In this document: positions 18,654 through 28,300 of the stretch, in pieces | Numbering within the stretch: position 1 is the stretch's first letter | Layout of the letters: every line of letters starts with the position of its first letter | DNA from: Candidatus Aegiribacteria sp. | GTDB taxonomy: Bacteria; Fermentibacterota; Fermentibacteria; Fermentibacterales; JCC-6 | Direction of reading: 5' to 3' | Length of the DNA stretch: 30,437 nt | Assembly (NCBI GenBank): GCA_046498225.1 | Contig: JAWOBF010000109.1 | Coordinates: 1 to 30,437 of the forward strand | Translations under genes and position numbers: made by a program | Notes under the pieces: model-generated | What the model was told of the DNA's origin: nothing | The model's database searches: none | The model's input: the letters and a program-made list of their open reading frames with translations, nothing else

Positions 18654-19745
18654 ATGGCGGTGGCGGAGGACAGGTACCGGACCAGAAGGGTCTACGCCGG
18701 GAGTCTTGCAATAGGCGGAGGAGCTCCGGTGTCCGTGCAGTCCATGACCAATGTGCCCACTGCGGATGTTGACGCGGTTCTGCGGCAGGTCCGGCTCCTG
18801 GCCCGCAACGGCGCGGAAATGGTAAGGCTTGCGGTCCCTGACGAGGATTCGGCAAGGGCGCTTCCCCGGATCGTCGAGAAATCTCCCGTTCCTCTGGTCT
18901 CGGATATCCACTTCGATCCGCGCCTTGCCCTCATGGCCCTTGAAGCGGGAACTCACAAGCTCAGGCTGAACCCCGGCAACATAAGGAACAGAAGCGATGT
19001 TCACAGAATAGCGGAGAAGGCCGCGGGCCTGGGAGTGCCTATCAGGATAGGCGTTAACTCGGGCAGTCTCCCGGCAGACCTCAGGGACAGGTACGGAGGC
19101 GTGAATCCAGATTCCATGTGGGCCACGGCTCAAAGACACCTGGAACTCCTGACAGAGACCGGCTTTCAGGACGTTGTACTCTCGATGAAATCCAGCTCGG
19201 CCAGGCTGACCGTGGAGGCCACCAGGAAAGCCGCGGTGGAATGCGACGCGCCTCTGCACCTGGGAGTTACGGAAGCAGGACCCGCGCTCACCGGAAGCGT
19301 CAGGAGCGCTGTCGCCCTCTCCATACTCCTCGCCGGCGGTATCGGGGACACCCTGAGGATATCCCTGTCCGGTTCGCCGGAGAAGGAACCCGTAGTGGGG
19401 TGGGAGATACTGTCCTCGCTTGAGCTTCGGCGGAGGTTTCCCAGAATAGTCAGCTGCCCTACCTGCGCCAGGGCCAGACTGGACGTGGCGGAACTGGCGG
19501 AGCGTGTTCAGGAAAGCCTTGCCGGGGTCAAAGGCGATATAACCATAGCGGTAATGGGCTGCGAGGTGAACGGACCCGGGGAGGCGAGGGAGGCCGAAAT
19601 AGCCCTTATAGGAACACCCTCGGGTATACAGCTTTTCATTGATGGAAACAGTACCGGCAGGGTATCCATTTCCGATCTGCCTGGATACCTTGTTGAAACG
19701 GTCAACTCATATATTCGGGCATCGGATAGACATCTGGAGGACTGA
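18654..19745 (+). CDS. ispG: (E)-4-hydroxy-3-methylbut-2-enyl-diphosphate synthase
   Basis: VQSMTN, SDIHF, RLNPGNI, RIGVNSGS, HLGVTEAG, GIGDTLR, CPTCAR and MGCEVNGPGE; AGGAGG RBS before ATG 18654. Confidence 0.96.
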   Translation: MAVAEDRYRTRRVYAGSLAIGGGAPVSVQSMTNVPTADVDAVLRQVRLLARNGAEMVRLAVPDEDSARALPRIVEKSPVPLVSDIHFDPRLALMALEAGTHKLRLNPGNIRNRSDVHRIAEKAAGLGVPIRIGVNSGSLPADLRDRYGGVNPDSMWATAQRHLELLTETGFQDVVLSMKSSSARLTVEATRKAAVECDAPLHLGVTEAGPALTGSVRSAVALSILLAGGIGDTLRISLSGSPEKEPVVGWEILSSLELRRRFPRIVSCPTCARARLDVAELAERVQESLAGVKGDITIAVMGCEVNGPGEAREAEIALIGTPSGIQLFIDGNSTGRVSISDLPGYLVETVNSYIRASDRHLED

Positions 19746-19746
19746 A

Positions 19747-21174
19747 GTGGCTTCTAACAGGACGGTTAAGATCCAGCTGGAGAAGATTGCGGAGGAGAAG
19801 TTCGACGAACTGGACATCAGATTCACCGATGTGAAGGGACACTGGCGCCACGTTACGGTGCCGTCATCAAGGGTGGACGAGGAGTTCTTCTCCCGTGGAG
19901 TGGGCTTCGACGGCTCGACCCTGGCGGGAATGACACAGACCGAGGCCGGAGACCTCATCCTCAAGCCCGATCCCATGAGGGTCTTCGAGGACCCCTTCAC
20001 GGAGCGTAAGACCCTGGTTCTCTTCGCCGACATCGTGGACCCCCATACGGGGGAACCCTTCTCCAAGGATCCCAGGGGGATAGCCAGAAAGGCCGCCCTT
20101 CATCTGAAGGAGACTGGCGTTGCCACCGACAGTTTCTGGGCTCCCGAGTTCGAGTTCTACATCTTCGACGAGGCCTCGTTCTGGTCGGAAAAGTGCGCAC
20201 AGGGCTACAGGCTGGGCAGCATCGAGAGCCCTGAGCATTCAAAGCATCCCGAGTCCAGGGGGCTGGTGCACTCCTGTGATTCCGGGTATCACATGATGTA
20301 CCCGGTGGACAGCCTTCATGATATCAGGTCCGAGATAACCGGGCTGATGCAGAAGGCCGGAATTCAGGTGAAGTACCACCATCACGAGGTGGGCAGGATG
20401 GGTCAGAGCGAGGTGGAAGTGACCTTCGCTCCATTTCTGAGCGCGGCGGACAACGTTATGCTGACCAAGCATATAGTGCGGAACGTAGCTCTGAAGTACG
20501 ACCTTTCCGCAACCTTCATGCCCAAGCCGATGGAGGGTGAACCGGGTTCGGGGATGCACTTCCATATCTTCATGACCCACAACAGTAAAAGGCTCTTCTT
20601 CGACAAGGACGGCTACTGCAGCCTCAGCCGGCCCGCTCTCCATGCCATAGCAGGCATTCTTCACCACGCGCCTGCCATCTGCGCCTTCAGCAATTCCACG
20701 GTGAACAGCTACCACCGGCTCGTGCCCGGCCAGGAAGCCCCGGTCTTCCGGTTCTTTTCCGGGCCCAACCGCAGCGCGGCGGTGAGGGTTCCCTCCTACG
20801 CGAGGACTGCCGAATCAATGAGGTTCGAGTACAGGGTCCCCGACGGCTGCGCCAACCCCTACCTGGCCATGAGCGCCATCCTGATGGCGGCCGTCGACGG
20901 AATGAAGAGGGAGCTGGACCCCACAGAGGCCGGTTACGGACCCATCGACGACAACGTCTTCGCCGAGGGCTACGACGCGAGCTCGCTGGCCAGGCTGCCG
21001 GAGAGCCTGGACGGAGCCCTGGAGGCCCTGGAGGCGGACAGCGAATTCCTGCAGGACGGGGGGGTATTCTCGAAGGAGATGATAAAAGATTATCTGAATG
21101 TGAAAAGGGATGAACTGGCACAGTTCCGGGGAAGCCCGCATCCGAGGGAGCACTCCCTCTACTTCAGTCTTTAG
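19747..21174 (+). CDS. glnA: Glutamine synthetase type I
   Basis: FDGS, PEFEF, HHHEV, FMPKP...GSGMHFH, NRSAAVRVP and RFEYRVPD..ANPYLA; GTG start after GGAGG. Confidence 0.95.
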   Translation: MASNRTVKIQLEKIAEEKFDELDIRFTDVKGHWRHVTVPSSRVDEEFFSRGVGFDGSTLAGMTQTEAGDLILKPDPMRVFEDPFTERKTLVLFADIVDPHTGEPFSKDPRGIARKAALHLKETGVATDSFWAPEFEFYIFDEASFWSEKCAQGYRLGSIESPEHSKHPESRGLVHSCDSGYHMMYPVDSLHDIRSEITGLMQKAGIQVKYHHHEVGRMGQSEVEVTFAPFLSAADNVMLTKHIVRNVALKYDLSATFMPKPMEGEPGSGMHFHIFMTHNSKRLFFDKDGYCSLSRPALHAIAGILHHAPAICAFSNSTVNSYHRLVPGQEAPVFRFFSGPNRSAAVRVPSYARTAESMRFEYRVPDGCANPYLAMSAILMAAVDGMKRELDPTEAGYGPIDDNVFAEGYDASSLARLPESLDGALEALEADSEFLQDGGVFSKEMIKDYLNVKRDELAQFRGSPHPREHSLYFSL

Positions 21175-21189
21175 AAAAGGGGAACGAAT

Positions 21190-22395
21190 ATGAAAAAGGT
21201 ACTGCTGGCGATTCTCAGTATTCTTGCGCTTTCCGCCGGGTGCGGTGAGCAGCCGGAGGAAAACGGTTCAGAGGAAGCCGGGAACGGCGGGGAAGCCGCA
21301 GTGGGTGCGGAGGATGTTGAATACTCCCTCCCCGAGGCGGACTTCTACATTACAGTTCAGGATTCAATAGGGGTGGAGCTGGGCGACAGCAACTACGTGT
21401 TCGGCCAGCTTGCCGGAGCCGACCTCACCGCCGACGGTGACATAGCGGTCCTGGACATGCAGAAGGTCCGCATAAGCATTTTCACTCCCGAGGGCGAGTT
21501 CGTCCGCAGCATCGGCCGGCAGGGAAGCGGTCCGGGAGAATTCATGCTGCCCTCCGGAATGGCTTTCTTTCCTGCGGAGGAGGACGCATCAATGGACCGG
21601 ACAGCTCCGGGCCTGGCCGTCTGTGACGCCATGGGTGGGAAGCTGGTGTATTTCGATACCGACCTGGAGTACCTGATGGACGTTCAGGGCTTCTTCCCCT
21701 CCCCTCCCGCCGTACTGGCAGGAGTGAGCGGCGGCGCGACAGTGGGAATGAAGCCGGAGTTCCTGCAGGACGAGACAGGCATGTACATGGGCTTCACCAT
21801 CGCCAGGTGGGAGATGGGGGAGAACGAACCCTCGGTGGTCTATTTCGAGAGCATGTCGGCCTTCGATCCCTCGGACCTGAGTACAATGCAGGACGATATC
21901 GTCACCTTCGGGGCCAGCCCCGAAGGACTCGTCCTCACGGCGCCCATGTCCACCGAGACCTACACCTATACCCTCTGGAGTCCCGAGGGGGAGGAACTGT
22001 TAACGTTCGTGGACGAGGATTATGAGAGAGTTCGAAAGACACAGGCGGAAATAGAGATGGAAAGGGAAATGGTCAATGCCAGGATGGTCCAGCAGGGCAT
22101 GCCGGAATCAATGGCCAACTGGGAGCCCGATCCTTACCGCTCCGCCGTGGGCGGCCTCTGGTTCGACGGAATGGACCGTATCTGGGTAACCAGGGGCACC
22201 ACCCTCACACCCACCTTCGATGTCTTCGACCTTCAGGGCAACCTCCTGTTCACCGTCGCCCTGGACGCCGGGGAAAGGGCCATGACATGGCAGGTTATTA
22301 TCAAGGAAGACATGTTCATAGCCATCGACGCCGACCCTGAGTTTTATCCACAGGTGTTCATTGGCGACATTCCGGGGCTGCAGGAGCAGCAGTAG
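21190..22395 (+). CDS. Lipoprotein with 6-bladed beta-propeller (NHL-like)
   Basis: Lipobox LSAGC; F...GEFVRSIGRQGSGPGEF and D..DRIWV...FDVFD..G repeats. Confidence 0.82.
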   Translation: MKKVLLAILSILALSAGCGEQPEENGSEEAGNGGEAAVGAEDVEYSLPEADFYITVQDSIGVELGDSNYVFGQLAGADLTADGDIAVLDMQKVRISIFTPEGEFVRSIGRQGSGPGEFMLPSGMAFFPAEEDASMDRTAPGLAVCDAMGGKLVYFDTDLEYLMDVQGFFPSPPAVLAGVSGGATVGMKPEFLQDETGMYMGFTIARWEMGENEPSVVYFESMSAFDPSDLSTMQDDIVTFGASPEGLVLTAPMSTETYTYTLWSPEGEELLTFVDEDYERVRKTQAEIEMEREMVNARMVQQGMPESMANWEPDPYRSAVGGLWFDGMDRIWVTRGTTLTPTFDVFDLQGNLLFTVALDAGERAMTWQVIIKEDMFIAIDADPEFYPQVFIGDIPGLQEQQ

Positions 22396-22448
22396 ACAGG
22401 GGGTCCACCGAGAGGCTGACTGTCCCCCGGGGGAAGATCAATGTCTCA

Positions 22449-22487
22449 GCGGCCGCCCGGGCGGTTCCCGCCGCCGGGTGGCCGTCC
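22449..22487. terminator. GC-rich hairpin between convergent genes
   Basis: GCGGCCGCCCGG-GCGG-TTC-CCGC-CG-CCGGGTGGCCGT inverted repeat; no clear U-tract. Confidence 0.4.
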
Positions 22488-22495
22488 CCTTCCGG

Positions 22496-24670
22496 TCAGA
22501 TCGGCAGGTACCATGTGACCTTGGCGTAGAGTCCGAAGCTGGGCGACCCGAACTCCCCCTCCTCATCTGTCTCGAAGAGATTCTCCACAAGAAAGTAGAA
22601 CGTGCTGCCGGGCATGTACTGCCAGCTGAAGAGAATGTTGGCCGTGATCTCGCTGGATTCGCTTTCCTGAGACTGTGAAAAATCGGTCACGAACCTGGAG
22701 TACTGGGAAAACAGCCTGAGATTCAGATCCGGATCGAAGATGTAATTGGTCCTGAATACCAGCGATCTCCAGTCCGTATCCCTTGTGTCCCAGTCACCGG
22801 CCTCCCAGTTGTAGTTGGTTCCTCCCTCGGTTCTGAACATGTTTCCGTCGAAACCCAGTTCAAGGGCTGAACTGGGTCGAACAGTCAGTCTGGCCGTATA
22901 ATCCCGGTAGCTTCCGCCGCTCTCCCACTCACCGGCGCCGAACATTCCGAATACATGCACAGGCTCGTAGTGATTAGTGCCGGCCCTGACCCTGAAACCA
23001 GCGTGATCGTCGTAGGTTCTGCCCTCAGGACCCTCGTAGGGATCGAACGCCTTACCGTTGTAGTGCGCTTCGGCGCCGATATTAACGCCGCTCTTGAGTG
23101 TGGCGTGAGCGCCTGCGTGGGCATTCCTTCCCGTGATTTCGCCCCCGGTCTGCTGTGAGTAGTAGACACCCATGTCAAATCCCAGCTCTCTGAAGGTCTC
23201 CTCGGGCCTTATGTTATGCCAGAAGTTTCCCGAGCCCTCCCAGTAGCCGGTGGCAGTGGTGAAACCTGTCGCGTTCACGTCGAAACAGTCCCCAACGTAC
23301 TCACCGCCCAGGGCATATCCTGTCATACCCCTAATTTTTCTCATACTTAAACTGTAGGCACCGTCGCTTTCCATGCCGGTATTCCAGCTTCGGGCCGCGG
23401 CGAACTCCACCAGGTGGTTTCCGGGAATCTCAACGGTTCCATCCAGAGCTGCCGCGGTGTTGTGCTCCTCAGGGAAAGCCTCCTGCTCCCAGGTCTCCCT
23501 GGAAACCAGTGAAAGACCCACATAATTGAAGGCGCCGAACTCCCTGACCGATCTCAGTATGCCGTAGTTCATGGCTGGAACGATCAGTTCCCCGTCCTCG
23601 GACACGGCGGCAGTGACCGCATCAAGGAATCCGATCCTGTAACCGCCCCCCAGAGAACCGGATAATTTCGCTCCACCGATAATGGGTATTACGCCGCCGC
23701 CGGGGGCCACCGAGCCGATCCGCCTTGAGTAGAACATCGTGAAGGGCATGTTGAAGAGACTCTGGGATTCCAGGAAGAAGGGTCGTTTCTCCTGACGGAA
23801 GAGCTCGAAGTGCGAGAGGTTCATCTCGGCCTCGTCGGCCTCCACCTGCCCGAAATCCGGATTCAGCGTGAAGTCGGCTGTGATCCCGCTGCCGAGCCCC
23901 ACCTTCACATCCACACCGGCATCGTAGTCATGTTCCCATTCATCCTCCTGCCGATAATGGTAGGACCTGCCCGCACCGTAGGGTCTGACTTCCGCGCCCA
24001 GGGAACCCTCTATGCCCCTTATGCCCTCGAGCCGGGCAAAGGTCTCTAGGTCGGCCATGGGTCCCGATTCGGAGAGAACGTACCATCCGTTCTCCGATGT
24101 TCTGCTGAGTACCCGCTGGAAATTGATCTTCCAGGTCTGGTCATCACTGTTGGAATTGAATCTGAGGCAGCTGTACGGAATGGCGAATTCGGCAGTCCAT
24201 CCGCTGTCCGTTCTGGAAGTGCCGCTCTCCCAGACCGCGTCCCAGCTGTAGTCCCAGCCTCCATGGGGATTGAGCTTAGAATCCATCTGCGAGTTTGCCA
24301 GGCTGACCTCGAAACTGCTGGCTTCGCGTCCGTCACCCCAGGTATCAAGCAGTACGACTATCCATTCGCCGGTTATGTAGTCGTCCCTCGGAGTTAGCGC
24401 CTCCACCATTCTTTCCGGGTTCGGATCATGCAGAATAAAGCCGAAGTATATGCTGTTGTCGTCGTAGATAACGTAGATATTGGTAGGTTCGGACATCGGC
24501 TCCCCGTAATCGGGGCCGAACTGCATGAAGGTGGATTCCACCTCAACCGCATCCTGCCATACCGGATCGTCCAGCACACCGTCGATATCAGGGGCCTGCT
24601 CAACCCTGACCGCGGTTACGGGCTGCGGGGTTGAAATGAGAGTGGAGAGGAAGAGAAAAAGCTGGAACAT
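22496..24670 (-). CDS. DUF5916 / CBM9-like domain outer-membrane-type protein
   Basis: Signal-like N-terminus, PDIDGVLDDPVW, WDAVW, WTAEFAIP, TLNPDFGQVEAD, EKRPFFLE and FYSRRIG; beta-strand-rich C-terminal half. Confidence 0.88.
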   Translation of the reverse strand: MFQLFLFLSTLISTPQPVTAVRVEQAPDIDGVLDDPVWQDAVEVESTFMQFGPDYGEPMSEPTNIYVIYDDNSIYFGFILHDPNPERMVEALTPRDDYITGEWIVVLLDTWGDGREASSFEVSLANSQMDSKLNPHGGWDYSWDAVWESGTSRTDSGWTAEFAIPYSCLRFNSNSDDQTWKINFQRVLSRTSENGWYVLSESGPMADLETFARLEGIRGIEGSLGAEVRPYGAGRSYHYRQEDEWEHDYDAGVDVKVGLGSGITADFTLNPDFGQVEADEAEMNLSHFELFRQEKRPFFLESQSLFNMPFTMFYSRRIGSVAPGGGVIPIIGGAKLSGSLGGGYRIGFLDAVTAAVSEDGELIVPAMNYGILRSVREFGAFNYVGLSLVSRETWEQEAFPEEHNTAAALDGTVEIPGNHLVEFAAARSWNTGMESDGAYSLSMRKIRGMTGYALGGEYVGDCFDVNATGFTTATGYWEGSGNFWHNIRPEETFRELGFDMGVYYSQQTGGEITGRNAHAGAHATLKSGVNIGAEAHYNGKAFDPYEGPEGRTYDDHAGFRVRAGTNHYEPVHVFGMFGAGEWESGGSYRDYTARLTVRPSSALELGFDGNMFRTEGGTNYNWEAGDWDTRDTDWRSLVFRTNYIFDPDLNLRLFSQYSRFVTDFSQSQESESSEITANILFSWQYMPGSTFYFLVENLFETDEEGEFGSPSFGLYAKVTWYLPI
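24321..24670 (-). repeat. 350-bp direct repeat, copy A (5' end of the intact DUF5916 gene)
   Basis: Matches 30088-30437 with 6 substitutions by manual alignment. Confidence 0.95.
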
Positions 24671-25055
24671 GATATCTCCCTTGCAGGATTCGGTTTTCGA
24701 TGATCATACCCATCCAGCATGGTCGAGGTAACCAGAATCTTGTAACTTATTATTATGCAATTATTTACAAAAAAAGGAATTTGAGTCAGAACAGGGAGAA
24801 CAGCCCCGGCGAGTTCTGAGCCTGCTATGATTATATTTGCCTGAGAATGTCCCAGTCGGTATTGTACGAAGTCTGTCAGAAACAGCCGGGAAACCGGAGC
24901 AGCAGAATTATACGAAAACAGGGAGAAGACCCTTTACTCGTTTTCCGCAGTCCTGCATATGCTGAAAGGGGAACGCTTTCAATGATTGCAGTCTGTAGTG
25001 TTAACTACTGTTTGAGGGAACAGCTCTGTACAGATACCGAAACGGTGACGTGGCA

Positions 25056-26051
25056 ATGACCTGGTTCCTGTTCTTTCTCGTGGCTGCCATCATCGTTATC
25101 GCCGGTTCCAAACTGTCGGTCTATGCCGACATACTGGCGATCAAGCTCAAGCTTTCACGCTCTGCAATCGGTGTTCTGCTTGTAAGTATCGTGACAACTC
25201 TTCCGGAGATAACCACCACCCTGAGCGCTATCTGCAAGGTGGATGCTCCCAACATGGCTCTGGGTAACAACTTCGGCAGTATACTCTTCAATCTGTCCAT
25301 AATTGGGATCTGCGACATCGTATTCCGGCAGGGCGGAATACTCCGCCATATCCACAATTACGAACTGCGTCCCGCAGTCTGCTCTCTCTCCCTGATCCTG
25401 ATAGCCGCCCTGGGCCTGGTTTTCACCGTTCCTCTCCACATCGGAATCTTCAATTTCGGCCTTGGTTCTCTGGCCGTAATACTAGTCTATATAGCTTTTT
25501 TCAAGTGGATTCACAGCAAGGGGGCGCCTGTGGAGATCCTGGAAGAAGTGGAAGAGGTCCGTAGCACCAGCGCCTTTGCAGCTGCGGTGGGATTCATCGT
25601 ATGCTCAGTTGCCATCGTGGCCAGCGGTATTTCCCTGGCTGTTCTGGGCAGCAGACTGGCGGAGTCCGCCGGCTTCTCACGCTCGTTCGTGGGAACGCTA
25701 TTCCTGGCTGTGGCCACTTCTCTTCCGGAACTGACGGTTGGAATAAGTTCGGCCCGGAGGGGAGCCTTCGATCTGATGCTGGGCAATGTAATGGGCGCCA
25801 ACATGCTGAACGTTCTTGTGATCGCCCTGGCGGACATCTTCTATCTGAATGCAGCATTGAACGTACCCGGCAACCTTGGCCGGTCGCAGATCTTCGCCGC
25901 CTTCTGCGCGGTTATTTCCACTGTTGTGGCCATCACAGGTATTCTGAGGGTCTCGCGGGAACGCGAATCGCGTTTTATCGATTGGAGGTCCGCCTCCATA
26001 ATGGCGTTGCACGTTATCTGTCTCGTGGTGATCTTCAACGAGTGGATATAA
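25056..26051 (+). CDS. Sodium:calcium antiporter family (CaCA) membrane protein
   Basis: Two alpha-repeats, TTLPEI...GNNFGS and ATSLPEL...GNVMGAN; about 10 TMs. The start may be GTG 25050. Confidence 0.9.
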   Translation: MTWFLFFLVAAIIVIAGSKLSVYADILAIKLKLSRSAIGVLLVSIVTTLPEITTTLSAICKVDAPNMALGNNFGSILFNLSIIGICDIVFRQGGILRHIHNYELRPAVCSLSLILIAALGLVFTVPLHIGIFNFGLGSLAVILVYIAFFKWIHSKGAPVEILEEVEEVRSTSAFAAAVGFIVCSVAIVASGISLAVLGSRLAESAGFSRSFVGTLFLAVATSLPELTVGISSARRGAFDLMLGNVMGANMLNVLVIALADIFYLNAALNVPGNLGRSQIFAAFCAVISTVVAITGILRVSRERESRFIDWRSASIMALHVICLVVIFNEWI

Positions 26052-26163
26052 TGCATGCCATCCATATAAATGAATGCTGATCAACATCTAGGATATAAAG
26101 AGGAGTTGAACCGGAAGCTCACAGGGAAGGCTGGGATACATGATGACTGACGGCGGGAATCCG

Positions 26164-27450
26164 ATGGACGATAATCGGCTGTTCGGTATGAGCGTTGATC
26201 ATGGTCGCTGGGTGTTTGTAGCGCTGGGATTTCTCATAAACATATGTCTGGGAGCTGTTTATGCATTCAGCGTTTTCCGCGGTCCTCTCGAAGCACCTGT
26301 TGAAAGCGCCGGATGGGCGCTTTCCGCTACCAAGAGTGGAATGCCCTTCATGGTCTTCCTTGCGATGTTCGCTCTTACCATGGCCATGGCAGGCGGACTT
26401 GTGGGACGATGGGGGCCCAGAAAGACAGCCCTTCTCGGAGGAAGTCTGGTAGGCATCGGGTGGATATTTTCCGGATTCGCACCGAACATCACCTGGCTGA
26501 CCATCTTCTACGGTCTGATCGCCGGAGGCGGAGTAGGCATAATCTACGGATGTCCTATAGCGGTTTCTGCCAGGTGGTTTCCCGACAAAAAGGGCCTGGC
26601 TGTAGGTCTGACAGTCATGGGGTTCGGACTCTCGGCGCTTATTATGGTCCCCATAATGACATCTATGATAGGAGATCCTTCTATAGGTGCCCTGGGTTCC
26701 TTCAGGTATCTGGGTATCGCTTTCTTTGCCTTGCTGGTCCTGCTTTCATTGCCCCTGCGAAACCCCGGCGATGGATGGGTTCCCGGCGGATGGACCCGGC
26801 AGTCAACCGGCAAAGAAAGTACTGGAACAGTGGATCTGGATCGCCGCCGGATGGTTAAAACCGGAACCTTCTACGCCCTGTGGGGCACTTACACCATCGG
26901 CTGTCTTGCCGGGCTGATGGCCATCGGTATCGCCAAGCCTTTCGGGAAAGAGATTATGGCTGCCGCAGGCTACAGCGATACCAGGATGACGGCAGCTATT
27001 ACTACGATGGTGGCCCTGTTCGCAGTATTCAATGGCGTGGGGAGGCCTCTTTTCGGCTGGCTTACCGACCGGCTGAGACCCCGCAACGCGGCTGCTCTTT
27101 CCTTCGTACTGATACTTGCGGCCTCGGCAGTACTCTATCTATGGGGAGGAGACAGCCCCGCTCTTTACTTTGCAGCGTTTGCAGTTCTGTACCTGAATCT
27201 CGGAGGATGGCTCGCCATTGCGCCTACGGCTGCAGCTACTTTTTTCGGCACGAAACACTACGGACAGAACTACGGGTTGATCTTTACCGCCTACGGTGTA
27301 GGGGCTATTGCCGGTATGCTGCTTTCGGGTATGATCCGTGACGCATCCGGAGCCTATCTACCTGTTTTTCTTCCGGTTATGGGGCTGGCCGGACTGGGGC
27401 TTGTTATCTCGCTCCTCTTTCTCAGACCTGTAAGGGCAGAACAACTATAG
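26164..27450 (+). CDS. OFA (oxalate:formate antiporter) family MFS transporter
   Basis: CLGAVYAFSVF, WFPDKKGLAVGL..MGFG, FNGVGR..FGWLTD and FGTKHYGQNYG motifs; about 12 TMs. The start may be ATG 26140. Confidence 0.92.
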   Translation: MDDNRLFGMSVDHGRWVFVALGFLINICLGAVYAFSVFRGPLEAPVESAGWALSATKSGMPFMVFLAMFALTMAMAGGLVGRWGPRKTALLGGSLVGIGWIFSGFAPNITWLTIFYGLIAGGGVGIIYGCPIAVSARWFPDKKGLAVGLTVMGFGLSALIMVPIMTSMIGDPSIGALGSFRYLGIAFFALLVLLSLPLRNPGDGWVPGGWTRQSTGKESTGTVDLDRRRMVKTGTFYALWGTYTIGCLAGLMAIGIAKPFGKEIMAAAGYSDTRMTAAITTMVALFAVFNGVGRPLFGWLTDRLRPRNAAALSFVLILAASAVLYLWGGDSPALYFAAFAVLYLNLGGWLAIAPTAAATFFGTKHYGQNYGLIFTAYGVGAIAGMLLSGMIRDASGAYLPVFLPVMGLAGLGLVISLLFLRPVRAEQL

Positions 27451-27463
27451 TAAACACGCACAT

Positions 27464-27488
27464 TTTCAGGGGAAGGCGTCCTCTTGAA
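27464..27488. terminator. Hairpin after the MFS gene
   Basis: TTCAGGGGA-AGGCG-TCCTCTTGAA imperfect inverted repeat 14 nt after the stop. Confidence 0.4.
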
Positions 27489-27668
27489 GTAATTGGTTGT
27501 CAGGGTACCGATTTTAATGCTATTTCATATAATACTGCTCGTGATTTTAGGGTGAGTTTACTCAATGAGTGAATTTTCACGAGGAGGATGTAAAAGTCGT
27601 GATAACTGACGGCGATAGAGAAAAGATATTGGACCACTACGGCTATTCGGACGAGATAAGAGAGACTG

Positions 27669-27761
27669 TCAGAAATGAAAGCCTTCTGCCCAGCGCGCTG
27701 TCTGACCGCCGGCCAGGTTCAGCATCGCTGCAGTAAGCAGAAACAACATGGATATCTTCAT
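27669..27761 (-). pseudogene. 5' stub of a secreted-protein gene (signal peptide only)
   Basis: GGGAG RBS, then MKISMLFLLTAAMLNLAGGQTARWAEGFHF*; Sec-type signal peptide with no mature domain. Confidence 0.45.
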
Positions 27762-27820
27762 GACCGCTCCCTATTCAGCATAAGATGTACGAACTTTCCC
27801 GACTGAATAATAAGTAGAGC

Positions 27821-28087
27821 AACAGGAAACTGGATTTCATTCCTTCCGTGAACTGCTCCATAACCATGCCAAATGACCCGCGTCTTCACCCATTTTCAAC
27901 GATCTCGGTACTGGATTCCAGAATCCCGGGGCAGAACCGACCGTTCAAGCAGGGATAAAGTCCTTAACTGATGTAAAACCATGCTGCGTAGATACACCTG
28001 CCCAACAGCCCGATAAGGTCAGTAGTTTATTCACCCAACCTCTATCTCCAGGACATCGTCCCGCCAGGGCACATAATCCGCGTCAGG
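27821..28087 (-). mobile_element. IS91/ISCR-like 3' end remnant, copy 1
   Basis: 27888-28087 repeats 28789-28997. Minus strand encodes an ORF tail PDADYVPWRDDVLEIEVG*, then GGGCTGTTGGGCAGGTGTATCT, and ends at GAAATCCAGTTTCCTGTT, loosely like the oriIS TTCCTAT end. Family call is inference. Confidence 0.55.
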
Positions 28088-28263
28088 TTAAGCTCATGGA
28101 TCATGCTGATACTTATCTCATGATCATTCCTGTTCCCATGGGAAAAATTGAGCCGGCAGACGTCTATCCCCTCCAGGAACAGCTTCTTGAGAACCTCGCT
28201 GTCACTGGTCGAGGGACCCAGAGTAGCGATCAGCTTCGCATGAGATCTCTCCTTGCGGATCAA
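28088..28263 (-). pseudogene. pyk: Pyruvate kinase 5' fragment (~59 codons)
   Basis: RBS plus TTG; AKLIATLGPSTSD.EVLKKLFLEGIDVCRLNFSHG is the pyruvate kinase N-terminal signature. Cut off at the repeat boundary 28087. Confidence 0.88.
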
Positions 28264-28300
28264 ATCGACTTCCTCTCCCGATTTAACGGAAAACTTGTTT

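Noticed and set aside
19639..19746. N-terminal extensions in the ORF track (glnA, ispG, RmlD-like, vanZ, GT2)
   Set aside because: Downstream starts have better RBS or stop/start coupling and match family N-termini.
24847..25059. 70-aa ORF upstream of the antiporter
   Set aside because: No RBS or recognisable motif; more likely leader or intergenic sequence.
27985..28045. Integron attC/attI sites (GTTGGGC and GTTGGGT cores in the repeats)
   Set aside because: No matched inverse core forming an attC hairpin, no integrase, and one core lies within a coding tail.
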